A stretch of 55,361 nt of DNA from an uncultured Candidatus Saccharibacteria bacterium (GTDB lineage Bacteria; Patescibacteriota; UBA1384; 2-12-FULL-50-11): assembly GCA_964599405.1 (NCBI GenBank), contig CAZRED010000004.1, positions 1 to 55,361 of the forward strand. Direction: 5' to 3'. A program made the translations under genes and the position numbers. The notes under the pieces are model-generated. The model saw nothing but the letters and a program-made list of their open reading frames with translations. It did no database searches and was not told the origin of the DNA. Positions within the stretch are counted from its first letter, which is position 1. Every line of letters starts with the position of its first letter. Of the stretch, positions 47,960-55,361 are shown piece after piece.

Positions 47960-49018
47960 ATGCGCCACGCAGTAATCATGGCGGGTGGCACCGGCACTCG
48001 GCTCTGGCCGTTGAGTCGCAAGTCAACACCGAAACAGTTCCAGAAGTTAATTGGCGACGAAACACTACTCCAGCAAACCTTTCAACGCCTGGAAGGGCTG
48101 TTTGAACTAGAGCGAATTTGGGTGGTTACCGGCGAGCAGTACCGAGATTTAGTCAAAGAACAGTTGCCGGGTTTACCGGAAGTTAACATTATTACCGAGC
48201 CGGTTGGCCGCAATACCGCCGCAGCGACATTGCTGGCGACGCTAAAAATCGTTGCCAGCGACCCAGAAGCAACGCTATTTGGCTTAGTACCGGCCGATCA
48301 CTATATCGGCAAGCCCAAGGTTTTTGGGCGAGCAACGGAAGCAATCTTGGAATTTCTTGAACGACAGCCGGAGTACGTTGCCACTATTGGCATTCGCCCG
48401 ACCGAAGAAAGTACCGGGCTTGGCTATATTAAAATGGGCGAGAAACTATCGGCACCGAAGGGTAGAGTGATCTTTGCCGTTGAGTCATTTCACGAAAAAC
48501 CCGATCAGCAAACTGCCCAAGCGTTTGTCGAAAGCGGGGAGTACCTTTGGAACGGCGGTTATTATTTATTCAACGGTCAGCAGATGGTTAACTACTTCCA
48601 ATCTCTAGCACCGGATATTTTTAGTGCCGTTCAGCGATTTCTCAAAGCACCCTCTGCTGCCGCCTACGAAAAAGTGCCGAGCATCGCTATCGACAAAGCC
48701 ATCTCTGAAAAACTCGACAAACTGGCCGTCATGCCGGCGGAAATGGACTGGAGCGACATCGGCAACTGGGCGGCATTGCACGAGATTTTAGCCAGCAGCG
48801 GCAAGCAAAGCGCTATAGCAATTGGCGACCACATCGGTAACGGCTCAAAAAACACCTTGGTGATGGGCGGAAGTAAACTAATTGTCACCGTTGGACTAAA
48901 AGACGTGGTGGTCGTTGACACTGATGATGTGATTTTGGTTTGCGACAAGGGGAGTGTACAAGACGTTAAAAAAATCGTAGAACAATTACAGGAGCAGGGG
49001 AGAGGCCACTTGTTGTAA
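47960..49018 (+). CDS. manC: Mannose-1-phosphate guanylyltransferase
   Basis: AGGTGTRLWPLSR..PKQF, EPVGRNTA, F.EKP, WSDIGNW. Confidence 0.92.
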   Translation: MRHAVIMAGGTGTRLWPLSRKSTPKQFQKLIGDETLLQQTFQRLEGLFELERIWVVTGEQYRDLVKEQLPGLPEVNIITEPVGRNTAAATLLATLKIVASDPEATLFGLVPADHYIGKPKVFGRATEAILEFLERQPEYVATIGIRPTEESTGLGYIKMGEKLSAPKGRVIFAVESFHEKPDQQTAQAFVESGEYLWNGGYYLFNGQQMVNYFQSLAPDIFSAVQRFLKAPSAAAYEKVPSIAIDKAISEKLDKLAVMPAEMDWSDIGNWAALHEILASSGKQSAIAIGDHIGNGSKNTLVMGGSKLIVTVGLKDVVVVDTDDVILVCDKGSVQDVKKIVEQLQEQGRGHLL

Positions 49019-49029
49019 ACTAATTTATT

Positions 49030-50286
49030 ATGCGTAGAAACTTTTGGATTGGATTTAGCTTAATTATTGCCACCATCGCCGTCGCGGTGTATGTGGCGTT
49101 GCCGTCCACCACTAATTTATTGGGCCGGGAAAATAAAATTCGTCAGGGTTTAGATCTGCAAGGTGGTGTTCGGTTGGTCTACGAACTTAACTTATCAAAC
49201 ACAGCCGAGACAGAAAAAAACAGTGCGATTGAATCGACCCGAGACGTAATTGAGCGGCGCGTTAATACGACTGGCGTAGCTGAACCGGTCATTCAGCCCA
49301 GCAAGGTTGACGGTAAAGAAACGGTAGCGGTGGAGTTGCCCGGCATCAGTGATGTCCAACAAGCGATTGACCTAATTGGCAAAACTGCCCAACTGGATTT
49401 TCGTGAACAATCCAGCGCTAACCCAGACGACTGGATTGCCACCGGATTAACTGGTAAGCAATTACAAAATGCCGCCGTCACTTTTGAACAAACCACCAAT
49501 GTGCCGCAGATTAGCTTGAAGTTTAACAGCGAGGGACAGGATCTCTTTGCGGAAGTGACCGGCCGAAACGTTGGCAAACCGGTGGCGATATTCTTAGACG
49601 GCGAAGCACTTTCTGCCCCAACCGTTCAGGAAAGAATTACCGCTGGGGAAGCGGTGATAACTGGCCAATTCAGCGTTCCGGAGGCCAGAGAAATTGTCAG
49701 TCTACTTAATGCGGGAGCGCTCGACGTACCAATCGAACTTATTGAACAAAGGACCGTCGGCGCAACGCTGGGCGAAGAGTCGGTAAAAAAGAGTTTGGTA
49801 GCAGGAGTCATCGGCTTAGCCTTAGTGATTTTGTTTATGTTAATTAACTACCGAGCCGCTGGTCTGGCCGCAGTTCTAGCCTTGGCCGGTTATACGGCGA
49901 TTGTTTTAGCACTCTTCAAGCTTATCCCAGTCACCTTAACGCTGGCTGGCATCGCCGGGTTTATTCTTTCGATCGGCATGGCGGTGGATGCCAACATTTT
50001 AATATTTGAGCGGATGCGCGAGGAGCTGAAAGGGGGGAGAGACCTGAAATTAGCAATGGAAGAGGGCTTCAAGCGGGCTTGGCCGTCGGTGCGCGACTCC
50101 AATATGGCCACGATTATTACCTCGGGAATTTTATTTTTTACCACCACCGGATTGGTACGCGGCTTTGCTCTAACGCTGGCGCTTGGTGTACTGGTTTCGC
50201 TCTATAGCTCGATTACCGCCAGCCGAGCCTTCTTACGCCTATTTGCTAGTGTCGGTGTGCTGCGAAGAAGTCTGGAGAAAATATGA
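49030..50286 (+). CDS. secD: Protein translocase subunit SecD
   Basis: GLDLQGG, VELPG, GMAVDANILIFER. Confidence 0.96.
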   Translation: MRRNFWIGFSLIIATIAVAVYVALPSTTNLLGRENKIRQGLDLQGGVRLVYELNLSNTAETEKNSAIESTRDVIERRVNTTGVAEPVIQPSKVDGKETVAVELPGISDVQQAIDLIGKTAQLDFREQSSANPDDWIATGLTGKQLQNAAVTFEQTTNVPQISLKFNSEGQDLFAEVTGRNVGKPVAIFLDGEALSAPTVQERITAGEAVITGQFSVPEAREIVSLLNAGALDVPIELIEQRTVGATLGEESVKKSLVAGVIGLALVILFMLINYRAAGLAAVLALAGYTAIVLALFKLIPVTLTLAGIAGFILSIGMAVDANILIFERMREELKGGRDLKLAMEEGFKRAWPSVRDSNMATIITSGILFFTTTGLVRGFALTLALGVLVSLYSSITASRAFLRLFASVGVLRRSLEKI

Positions 50287-51227
50287 CGTACCGTTTCTTG
50301 GGTAAGAAAAAATTCTGGTGGCTGCTGGTTTCAGGGCTAATCTTGCTGCCAGGGATAGTCTCACTGTTTGTCTGGAAGCTCCCACTGGGGATTGATTTTC
50401 GGGGTGGTGGGGCGGCCGAGTGGCACTTTGCCAAAGCAGTTAGCGAAGAGGAGCTACGCCAAGTTCTTGCTGATCAGGACATCTTGAAGGGGATAACCGT
50501 CTCAAGGTCCGGGGAAGATAGTGTCTTTGTTAAATTCTTGCCGGCCGAAGCAGGGGATTACCAACAAAGTTTGACCGGGGTGAAAGAGAAATTCGGGGAA
50601 ATAACTAAGGAAAAGTTCGAAAATGTCGGCCCGAGCGTTTCTAGGGACTTAACTAAAAAAGCGATTATTGCCATGGTGGTCGCTTCGCTATTTATCCTGA
50701 TTTATCTGGCTTACTCCTTCCGTGGTGTCACCTACCCAGTTTCTTCCTGGCGATTTGGCAGCGTTGCCTTAATCGCCTTAATTCACGATCTAATTATCTC
50801 CGTTGGAGTTTTTTCAATCTTGGCCCACTTTTTTGGCTACGAAGTCGACAGCTCCTTCATAACAGCTCTGTTAACGATTATGGGCTTCTCGGTGCATGAC
50901 ACAATTGTGGTCTTTGATCGAATTAGGGAGAACCTGGCTCATAACCCAGTTGATACGGCAGAGGAATTTGAAAAAGTTGCCGACGAATCCCTGTCTCAAA
51001 CCCTTAACCGTTCAATCGGCACCAGCCTGACTGTGATATTCACCTTAACCGCCCTATTATTGCTGGGCGGTGAAAGTATCCGGGCGTTTATTGTCACAAT
51101 GTTAGTGGGAATTACCGTCGGCACATATTCATCGATCTTCACCGCCACGCCGATACTAACTTTGTGGCAAAAACGTGTCTACCGCCGTACAAATTCAGCC
51201 GCAAAAGGTATTGATACTCGGCGTTAA
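50283..51227 (+). CDS. secF: Protein translocase subunit SecF
   Basis: LGIDFRGG, VGPSV, GFSVHDTIVVFDRIRE, GTYSSIF. Confidence 0.96.
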   Translation: MTYRFLGKKKFWWLLVSGLILLPGIVSLFVWKLPLGIDFRGGGAAEWHFAKAVSEEELRQVLADQDILKGITVSRSGEDSVFVKFLPAEAGDYQQSLTGVKEKFGEITKEKFENVGPSVSRDLTKKAIIAMVVASLFILIYLAYSFRGVTYPVSSWRFGSVALIALIHDLIISVGVFSILAHFFGYEVDSSFITALLTIMGFSVHDTIVVFDRIRENLAHNPVDTAEEFEKVADESLSQTLNRSIGTSLTVIFTLTALLLLGGESIRAFIVTMLVGITVGTYSSIFTATPILTLWQKRVYRRTNSAAKGIDTRR

Positions 51228-51399
51228 AACAAACATCCCTCTACGGCCAAATTTTAACGGTATTATGTATTTAACAGGTTAATCTTTGATAATAGCATGT
51301 AAAGATAGGCTAGTTGGGTGAGCATTGAAGGGGTGGAATAGGAGTGGGTGGTGAGTCAGTACGGAACGAAAAAATATAGGTAAGTTTAGCCACAAGACT

Positions 51400-51427
51400 G
51401 TGTCGTACAATGTATCTTGTGCGACAC
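51400..51427. other. Symmetric dif/Xer-like recombination site (11-6-11)
   Basis: GTGTCGTACAA-TGTATC-TTGTGCGACAC in a convergent intergenic region. Confidence 0.45.
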
Positions 51428-51619
51428 AGCAACTGCGAAGGGCTTCTGAAATTGCTAAAAATGGCCGTTACTAAATCAGGCCCAAATAAGGCGAAATAGC
51501 AGTGTAGCGCCCGCCGCCCCCGTCCGGCCCTCCCCAGTGCGCCGTGAAATTTGCAAAAAATTTAGCCCTTCTCCCCCGCAGTGGTGGGGGAGTAGGGTAG
51601 TAAAAAGAAAATTTATGGT

Positions 51620-54547
51620 TTACTTCAATTCGTCGATCGGTTGAAATTCGTCAGTTTCAGCGCTACGCTCCACCACCGGGTTTTCGACTTTTAGTCCCAG
51701 TTCGTCGGCCTGATCCCAAGTAATTAAATGGGTTGTTTCGTCACTCTCTCCCCCGTCTCCCCCACTCTGCGTTGGTGCGTCCTCCATCTTTTTCTCTTCA
51801 ATTAACACTTCCGAAATTGCTGCTTCCGGCGCTTCAGTTACTTCTGCTTTTTCCGGTTGTACCCCCGTCTCCTTCCTTTCCTGCCCCAAAGGTGACTCAT
51901 CAGCTTTGGTTGTTACTGCGTACCATTGTCTGTCGAAGCGATCTTTCAGAATCTCCACTTTATTTTTTTCCAATAACTCCCCTGCTTTTTCTCCAGAAAT
52001 CTTCTCCTGACTCTCCCCTTCTGTTTTCTTCTCCACCACAACCGTTTCTGGTTGTGGTGCGATTGTCACGATTCGGTCACTAGCATCTTTCCGACGCGCT
52101 CCGTCACTTTTACCGGTACCGTCGTCTTCGGCCAAGTTAATCGGCATTGACCATTCAGCGATGTAGTCTTCCACGTCAGTTAAAGGCGTCGCAAACGCCG
52201 TTCGGCTAGTTTGAATCACCTGGTCTTTGAGGTTAGATTTTTCATCCGGCGGCGGCAAGGTGGAGGCAGAAAAGGCCGGCACCGTCACTCCGTCAACTGC
52301 CATCTTGATGTAGATCTGGCGATTCGGTAGGTTAACTAAATCATTAGCGTCAAAGACCGGCTCAAACTCCTTAATTAACACATCAGCGTCCGCTGCGCCC
52401 ACCCGGAAAGCAATCATCGTGCCGACATTGCCGAATACGGCGTTAGCCACCGTTTCCGGCATTTGGTTGGTGTACTGGTTGATCATAACTAGGTTTAAAC
52501 GGTACTTACGCGCTTCAGACAGAATTGTCGCGAACGAATCGGTGGCAAAGTTTTGAAACTCATCGACATACAGATAAAAATCCCGGCGATCTTGCTCGGT
52601 CACGTTCGTTCGACTCATCGCTGCTAGTTGGATTTTGGTAATTAACATAGAACCCAACAGCGCCGAGTTATCTTCGCCAATCTTGCCGGTGGACAGATCG
52701 GCTAAGAGAATTTTTCCTTCATCCATCACCTGGCGAATATCAAACGCACTTTTTGGCTGGCCGACAATATTTCTAATCGTTGACGACGACAAGAACTGCC
52801 CAACTTTGTTTTGAATCGGCGCAATCGCTTCCTGCCGAAACTTCGGCTCATACTTTTCGTACTCGTTAATAAAGAAGTCGCGAATGACCGGATCCTTAAT
52901 CTCGTTCACAATCTTTCGCCGATAGGCGTTGTCGGTCAAAATTCGCATCACCCCTAAGAGTGTAGAGTTCGGGTGATCAAGCAGCGCTAAGATGGAGTTG
53001 CGCAAAATATACTCCAACCGTGGTCCCCAAGATTCGCCGAAGATTTTTTTAAAGATGCCCACCACGCCGGAGGCCACCACGCTCTGCATCTCTGGGTTAA
53101 CGTTCTCCAGCACATTTAAACCAATTGGAAAATCGCGGTCGGCCGGGTTGAAGTAGATCACATCGTTCACACGGCTCTCGGGGATAAAGTTTAAAACATG
53201 GTCAATTAGCTCGCCGTGCGGATCAACTACTGCCACACCGCGGCCTTCACGGATATCATCGAAAATCATGTTTTCCATCAACGTCGACTTACCGGTGCCG
53301 GTTTTACCAATAATATAAGTATGGAGCCGTCGGTCGGGTTTTTTGATACCAAACTTGCGAACTTCGTTGCGGTAGTTAGTTTGAGCAAAAACCGTTAATT
53401 CATCAGCTGGAACGGTACTGACAATCGGCAAATTAGCCGGTGGCTCCCCCTTCTTTGATCCGGCCCAGGCAATCGTTGGTGTCGCTACAGTCTCCGACGG
53501 AAAATGATAGAGCGAGGCTAACTCCGTAATGTTGAATAACAAAGCGCTTTTTCCTGGCTCACGGCTGCTAAATAGACTAATTGCCGCTTTGTCGTCGGTT
53601 ATCTCCGAAGAAACCAGTGCATTCATATTCAGGGAATTAAATTGTTTGTAGGCACCGATCACTTGCTCCAGCTTCGCCCGGGCACTGTAATGCTCCGGCG
53701 CCACCGCCACCACTCGCAGAGTCGCTTCATAGCCAAGCTTGGTAATCTTTTCCTCAATACCCTTAATTGCTTGCTGAACCGTTCCGCTCAAGTCTTTTGG
53801 TTTATCGTCTTTCTTTTTTTCTTCTTTGGTTGGCTCTTTTACTCCAAACATCACCGATTTAAAAAAGTCCGAACCGAACTGCTTAGCCTCGTCGGTGACA
53901 ATTTTCATGACGCCACTACTTTTGATTGGATCTTTAATGCCTTTTATCACCTTCTCGCCCTCTTCTTGCCAAGCGTCGTCAATTGGCCGGATGATTAACT
54001 GCGTCCAAATTTGTTCATCGTCGCTAGTCGAGCTTAGAACGCCGGTAATGGCCGACAGTGGGTCGACTTCAAAGTTGAGAAAGGTTTTAATTGGGTAAAC
54101 TCGCGGCTTTTTGAACAGTAGCTCGGCGGCGGCCACCGCTTTTCCTTCGTCAACTTGGACGTAGTCATCTGCCAGCTCTTCAATCTCCACCGTTGGGTAC
54201 TGGGCGTAAACCTGGCTTAAAACAAAATCTTTGAGTTTTCTCGGAACGTGAACGTAGAACTTAATTGCTCGCTGCCGGCTAACCATCTCGAAGCTGACTT
54301 GTTGCTGGGTTGTCGTGTCGGAGCGAAATATACCGTGGAGCGCCGCGAACATCTGCTCGGCAGCGAGCGGTGTCCGTTCGTTGTTTTTTGGCACCTGAAT
54401 TGACAGTAGGGCAAACTGGCTCGACAGCTCGGAGTGATCGTCGGTCACGATAATCACTTTTTTCAACTTTCGGGTTTTACTCCAAAAATAGAACGCCCCT
54501 AAAACAAAGATGCCGGTAAAGATAAAATTAATTAGCGCGAAATTCAT
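51620..54547 (-). CDS. VirD4/TraG/HerA-like ATPase (type IV secretion system DNA-binding domain protein)
   Basis: N-terminal TM, GKTGTGKST, VVDPHGEL, FYLYVDEFQNF, EARKY. Confidence 0.88.
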   Translation of the reverse strand: MNFALINFIFTGIFVLGAFYFWSKTRKLKKVIIVTDDHSELSSQFALLSIQVPKNNERTPLAAEQMFAALHGIFRSDTTTQQQVSFEMVSRQRAIKFYVHVPRKLKDFVLSQVYAQYPTVEIEELADDYVQVDEGKAVAAAELLFKKPRVYPIKTFLNFEVDPLSAITGVLSSTSDDEQIWTQLIIRPIDDAWQEEGEKVIKGIKDPIKSSGVMKIVTDEAKQFGSDFFKSVMFGVKEPTKEEKKKDDKPKDLSGTVQQAIKGIEEKITKLGYEATLRVVAVAPEHYSARAKLEQVIGAYKQFNSLNMNALVSSEITDDKAAISLFSSREPGKSALLFNITELASLYHFPSETVATPTIAWAGSKKGEPPANLPIVSTVPADELTVFAQTNYRNEVRKFGIKKPDRRLHTYIIGKTGTGKSTLMENMIFDDIREGRGVAVVDPHGELIDHVLNFIPESRVNDVIYFNPADRDFPIGLNVLENVNPEMQSVVASGVVGIFKKIFGESWGPRLEYILRNSILALLDHPNSTLLGVMRILTDNAYRRKIVNEIKDPVIRDFFINEYEKYEPKFRQEAIAPIQNKVGQFLSSSTIRNIVGQPKSAFDIRQVMDEGKILLADLSTGKIGEDNSALLGSMLITKIQLAAMSRTNVTEQDRRDFYLYVDEFQNFATDSFATILSEARKYRLNLVMINQYTNQMPETVANAVFGNVGTMIAFRVGAADADVLIKEFEPVFDANDLVNLPNRQIYIKMAVDGVTVPAFSASTLPPPDEKSNLKDQVIQTSRTAFATPLTDVEDYIAEWSMPINLAEDDGTGKSDGARRKDASDRIVTIAPQPETVVVEKKTEGESQEKISGEKAGELLEKNKVEILKDRFDRQWYAVTTKADESPLGQERKETGVQPEKAEVTEAPEAAISEVLIEEKKMEDAPTQSGGDGGESDETTHLITWDQADELGLKVENPVVERSAETDEFQPIDELK

Positions 54548-55361
54548 GTGGTTATTTTACGGCCATATTGTGCCCGGCTAGATTTTTTAATCCAATCAGA
54601 CATGGCTGGGTTGCTTTGGTTGGGGCTTTTTACCCCCCTCATATTAAACGGTCTAGTCGGGTTCAAATCAATCAGCAGTTTAACATACGCCTGAAATCTA
54701 TCAAGATTAGCCAGGTCTTCACTGCTGACTCCCGGCATTTCGTGCGCTAAGTATTCGGCGTCATCGGCGCCGATCCGATAACTAACCAAAGTGCCAACGT
54801 TGCCGATTACCGCATCACGAATCCGCTCGGTCAGTTGGGCAAAGTATTGGTTGGTAATGTTGAGATTTAGACGGTACTTACGCGCTTCCGCCAGAATTGT
54901 CGCGAAAGTATCGGTGGTAAAGTTTTGAAACTCGTCTACATACAGATAGAAATCTCGGCGCTTTTCTTCCGGCGTATCGGCTCGGCTAAACGCTGCTACT
55001 TGTAGTTTGGAAACCAATATTAGCCCAAGCAAATTGGAGTTTACTTCACCAATTTTGCCTTTGGCTAAGTTTATTAAGAGAATTTTGTTCGAGTCCATCA
55101 CCTCGCGGAAGCTAAACGATGAAGTAGGTTGGCCAATAATATGGCGCATCAAGTCGTTAGTCATAAAGCGGCCAAATTTCGAGATGAAGTAGTTGTACAT
55201 CTCTGATTTATGAAAGTCCGACGTTTTCGCCAGTTGTTGCTGCCAGAAGGCTTTAACGGTCGGGTCAGCCACGTTGGCAATCGCCTGGTCGCGAAACTTG
55301 TCGTCGGTAAACAGCCTCGGCAGATCAATCAACGTGCCGCCGCCCGGTTGGGCCATCAGCG
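54544..55361 (-). CDS. Second VirD4/TraG-like ATPase paralogue, C-terminal part (5' truncated by window)
   Basis: FYLYVDEFQNF, EARKYRLNL, GNVGT; stop overlaps the next ATG (ATGA). Confidence 0.85.
   Translation of the reverse strand, partial: LMAQPGGGTLIDLPRLFTDDKFRDQAIANVADPTVKAFWQQQLAKTSDFHKSEMYNYFISKFGRFMTNDLMRHIIGQPTSSFSFREVMDSNKILLINLAKGKIGEVNSNLLGLILVSKLQVAAFSRADTPEEKRRDFYLYVDEFQNFTTDTFATILAEARKYRLNLNITNQYFAQLTERIRDAVIGNVGTLVSYRIGADDAEYLAHEMPGVSSEDLANLDRFQAYVKLLIDLNPTRPFNMRGVKSPNQSNPAMSDWIKKSSRAQYGRKITT

Noticed and set aside
52491-54960. DGR template/variable repeat pair
   Set aside because: Mismatches are not confined to adenines, both copies encode a conserved Walker B region, and no reverse transcriptase is present.
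534-55192. Numerous short antisense or alternate-frame ORFs in the track
   Set aside because: They are shadows of well-supported genes, with no motifs or expression signals.
1-55361. CRISPR array, transposase, integrase, prophage, rRNA, alternative genetic code
   Set aside because: No regularly spaced repeats or recognisable genes were seen, and TGA terminates conserved genes such as rnc normally.

Overview
A 55 kb, gene-dense core-genome segment of a small-genome bacterium (standard code 11). Its gene content suggests Patescibacteria/CPR, which is an inference from short AspRS, Nudix-inserted LeuRS, bifunctional PGI/PMI, tandem VirD4/TraG-like ATPases, a sortase and a PEGA protein. It carries translation genes (pheT end, aspS, leuS, rpmF, rpsU, three tRNAs), rnc-nusB, nusA, glycolysis genes (pgi/pmi-eno-gpmI), mreB, ftsA-ftsZ, clpC and secDF. 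It also holds an SOS locus (DUF6504-like gene, dinB, lexA) and a B12 module (nrdJ-pduO-DUF6580-trxA). No CRISPR array, transposase, integrase or prophage gene is visible. The most interesting signals are non-coding. (1) A direct-repeat operator (TTCGG-N6-TTCG) sits in three SOS promoters and upstream of nrdJ. (2) The dinB leader has a 22-codon uORF that copies the DinB N-terminus and ends inside a perfect 16-bp hairpin hiding the real start codon. (3) Two orphan RNAs of about 130-145 nt each have their own promoter and terminator, one in the B12 module and one convergent with lexA. (4) A structured leader precedes a lytic transglycosylase. (5) There is a symmetric dif/Xer-like site. (6) Leaderless promoter architecture is pervasive. 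All calls come from reading the sequence; no searches were run.
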